NCBI GenBank assembly: GCA_002311835.1
Contig: DBZY01000014.1
Location: 54,258-118,257, forward strand
From: Proteobacteria bacterium UBA1148
GTDB taxonomy: Bacteria > Pseudomonadota > Gammaproteobacteria > Steroidobacterales > Rariloculaceae
Length of the DNA: 64,000 bases
Direction: 5' to 3'
The translations under genes and the position numbers were made by a program. The notes beneath the pieces were generated by a model. The model searched no databases. It saw only the letters and a list, made by a program, of their open reading frames with translations, and had not been told where the DNA came from. Position 1 is the first letter of the stretch. Each line of letters starts with the position of its first letter. Positions 61,982 through 64,000 of the stretch are shown here, piece by piece.

Positions 61982-64000
61982 ATGTTGAACCGATCCGACT
62001 ACGTGACCGACCCTGCGTTCGTGCAGAGACTGCAATCGGAAGTTGAGGGGGAAGTCTATTTCGACGCTCTGAGCCGTGGCCGTTACAGTACGGACGCCTC
62101 GATGTATCAGATATTTCCCATCGGTGTCGTGGTGCCTCGGCATGCACAGGATGTCGTTTGCTCTCTACAGATCGCCGCCGAGAACGGCGTACCCGTTCTG
62201 CCACGCGGCGCTGGTACCTCTCAGGGGGGGCAAACGGTCGGCAAGGCTTTGGTGCTGGATGCGAGCAAGTACCTTACAGCGGTAAATCACTTTGAACCGG
62301 AAGAGCGAACTATCTCTGTAGAACCTGGGATGGTGCTCGATCTGCTAAATGACTTCCTTAAACCGCATGGATTATTTTTCCCTGTTGACGTTTCAACGTC
62401 TAGCCGCGCCACCATTGGTGGTATGGCAGGAAATAATAGTGTTGGCGCACGCTCCATTCGATACGGTCACATGGTGGATAATGTTAGTGGAATCAATGCA
62501 CTACTAGCCGATGGGGAACTCGTGCATTTTCGTCCAGGGAAGCCTGCCAACGTAGATGGACGGTTGTCTGATCTCTTTGATCAAATGCAAAACTTGTACG
62601 CGCGGGAGCAAGAAGAGATCGATAAACGTTTTCCAAAAGTGGCACGGAATGTTGCTGGGTATAATCTAAACCGTCTCGGTCGAGACAATATGAATCTTTC
62701 GGATTTGTTAGTGGGTTCGGAAGGAACGCTCGCTTGGTTTCAGACGCTTGATCTAGATCTGCAGCCCATTCCTCCACACAAACTTGTAGGTGTCTGCCAT
62801 TTTCCGACATTCGCATCGGCGATGGAATCTGCTCAGGCAATCGTTGCTCTGGATCCGGCAGCGGTTGAATTGATCGACCGAACAGTGATCGAACTCGCTC
62901 GCGAGAACGACGAGTTCAATGCGGCGATGGCTAGATTTATGCGTGGTGACCCGGCTGCGCTCCTGATTGTGGAGTTTGCTGGTGATGATCGTGACAAACA
63001 ACTGCAAAGACTGGACAGTCTGGAAGAGGTAATGGGGGACTTAGGATATTCGGACAGTGTAGTACGCGCCGAGGAGCCCGGGTTGCAGAGTGCTATCTGG
63101 AGTGTGCGCAAGGCGGCGCTGAATATAGTCATGTCCATGAAAGGGGACGGCAAACCAATCTCGTTCGTTGAGGATTGTGCAGTTCCTTTAGAAAATCTTG
63201 CCGAGTATACGGCTCGACTTACTGAGGTTTTCTCCAAACATGGAACCACCGGGACGTGGTACGCCCATGCTTCGGTTGGTTGCCTACATGTGCGCCCTAT
63301 ACTGAATCTTAAAGACGATACCGATGTCGTTAAGCTGAGAAGTATTGCTGATGCCGCCCATGAACTCGTGCGTGAGTTTAAGGGCTCCCACTCTGGTGAA
63401 CATGGTGATGGACTTGTGCGCTCAGAGTTTCTAGAGCCTATGCTAGGCAATCGAATCACACGAGCTTTTGGAGAAGTAAAGCAATGCTTTGACCCAGACG
63501 GACGCTTCAATCCGGGCAAGATTGTTAATCCGTCACGCATGGATGACCGTTCGCTATTGCGCTTTTCAGGAGACTATAAACCCGTACAACATGAAGAGGT
63601 GCTGGATTGGTCAGCATGGGGTGGTCTACACCGTGCGACGGAGATGTGTAACAACAATGGTGCATGTCGAAAGTTCGATTCTGGAGCGATGTGCCCATCC
63701 TTCCGCGTAACCAAGGATGAACAACACCTAACCCGAGGCCGTGCAAATACACTTCGCTTGGCTCTTACGGGTCAATTAGAAGCAGATGCTCTGACCTCAC
63801 CAGAGATGTATCGCACTTTAGAGTTGTGCGTCAGTTGTAAGGCCTGTAAGCGAGAGTGTCCCACTGGCGTTGACATGGCGCGGATGAAGATTGAGTTTTT
63901 GAGCCAATACCACAAGCGCTGGGGATTGGGTTTGCGGGATCGGCTAGTCGCCTATTTGCCTCGCTACGCTCGTTGGGCCGCTCGAATGCCGTGGCTGTCG
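61982..64000 (+). CDS. FAD-linked oxidase fused to an Fe-S (GlcF-like) domain, YdiJ-like (3' partial, continues past window)
   Basis: Not in the ORF track because no stop occurs before nt 64000. ATG at 61982. PCMH FAD domain (PRGAGTSQGGQT, ATIGGMAGNNSVG) and, later, a CVSCKACKRECPTGVD ferredoxin-type motif in the same frame. Confidence 0.85.
   Translation, partial: MLNRSDYVTDPAFVQRLQSEVEGEVYFDALSRGRYSTDASMYQIFPIGVVVPRHAQDVVCSLQIAAENGVPVLPRGAGTSQGGQTVGKALVLDASKYLTAVNHFEPEERTISVEPGMVLDLLNDFLKPHGLFFPVDVSTSSRATIGGMAGNNSVGARSIRYGHMVDNVSGINALLADGELVHFRPGKPANVDGRLSDLFDQMQNLYAREQEEIDKRFPKVARNVAGYNLNRLGRDNMNLSDLLVGSEGTLAWFQTLDLDLQPIPPHKLVGVCHFPTFASAMESAQAIVALDPAAVELIDRTVIELARENDEFNAAMARFMRGDPAALLIVEFAGDDRDKQLQRLDSLEEVMGDLGYSDSVVRAEEPGLQSAIWSVRKAALNIVMSMKGDGKPISFVEDCAVPLENLAEYTARLTEVFSKHGTTGTWYAHASVGCLHVRPILNLKDDTDVVKLRSIADAAHELVREFKGSHSGEHGDGLVRSEFLEPMLGNRITRAFGEVKQCFDPDGRFNPGKIVNPSRMDDRSLLRFSGDYKPVQHEEVLDWSAWGGLHRATEMCNNNGACRKFDSGAMCPSFRVTKDEQHLTRGRANTLRLALTGQLEADALTSPEMYRTLELCVSCKACKRECPTGVDMARMKIEFLSQYHKRWGLGLRDRLVAYLPRYARWAARMPWLS

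Noticed and set aside
62833-63540. 235-aa minus-strand ORF (with neighbours 62493-62840, 62753-63007 and 63525-63752) inside the 61982-64000 region
   Set aside because: It is antisense to a clearly coding plus-strand frame (FAD-linked oxidase with conserved motifs). The translation is Ser/Arg/Ala-rich low complexity, typical of shadow ORFs.

Overview
This is a gene-dense chromosomal segment with about 58 protein-coding genes on both strands and mostly short spacers. It reads like a streamlined marine heterotrophic proteobacterium, but the taxon cannot be resolved from the sequence alone. Nearly all content is solute uptake and peripheral catabolism. Transporters: UMF1-type MFS, AI-2E, Na+:alanine symporter, a two-subunit Na+:solute symporter (SSS + DUF4212), FeoAB, two TRAP binding proteins with one DctQM pair, a TctBAC system and GntP. 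Oxidoreductases: several SDRs, two Gfo/Idh/MocA, a HisD paralog, a PQQ sugar dehydrogenase, a molybdopterin hydroxylase large subunit and a YdiJ-like FAD/Fe-S oxidase. Hydrolases: M20, M24, amidase, amidohydrolases, cyclase, MBL. CoA-ester enzymes: ACAD, family III CoA-transferase, crotonase. I found no rRNA, tRNA, CRISPR array, transposase, integrase, phage or toxin-antitoxin gene, and no recognisable transcription factor. The items most worth a second look are: (1) a cluster of DnaA-box-like 9-mers flanking the most AT-rich tract of the window (7913-8237), which looks oriC-, datA- or DARS-like; (2) an operon pairing a minimal ATP-grasp + swivel-His phosphotransferase that has no substrate domain with an M24-fold protein carrying an apparent metal-ligand substitution (38447-41022); (3) three paralogs of a small exported family (DUF6152-like by memory) whose predicted mature N-termini all begin His-His, suggesting a histidine-brace metal site, one of them heading a four-gene exported operon; (4) a translationally coupled acyl-CoA dehydrogenase + APH-fold kinase pair resembling a split ACAD10/11 or LvaA/LvaC 4-hydroxyacyl-CoA module; (5) a frameshifted DUF167/YggU gene; (6) a Tat-signal SDR. 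All calls come from reading motifs in the supplied translations and the raw DNA. No database search or computation was possible, family names are recalled rather than searched, and start codons may be off by a few codons.
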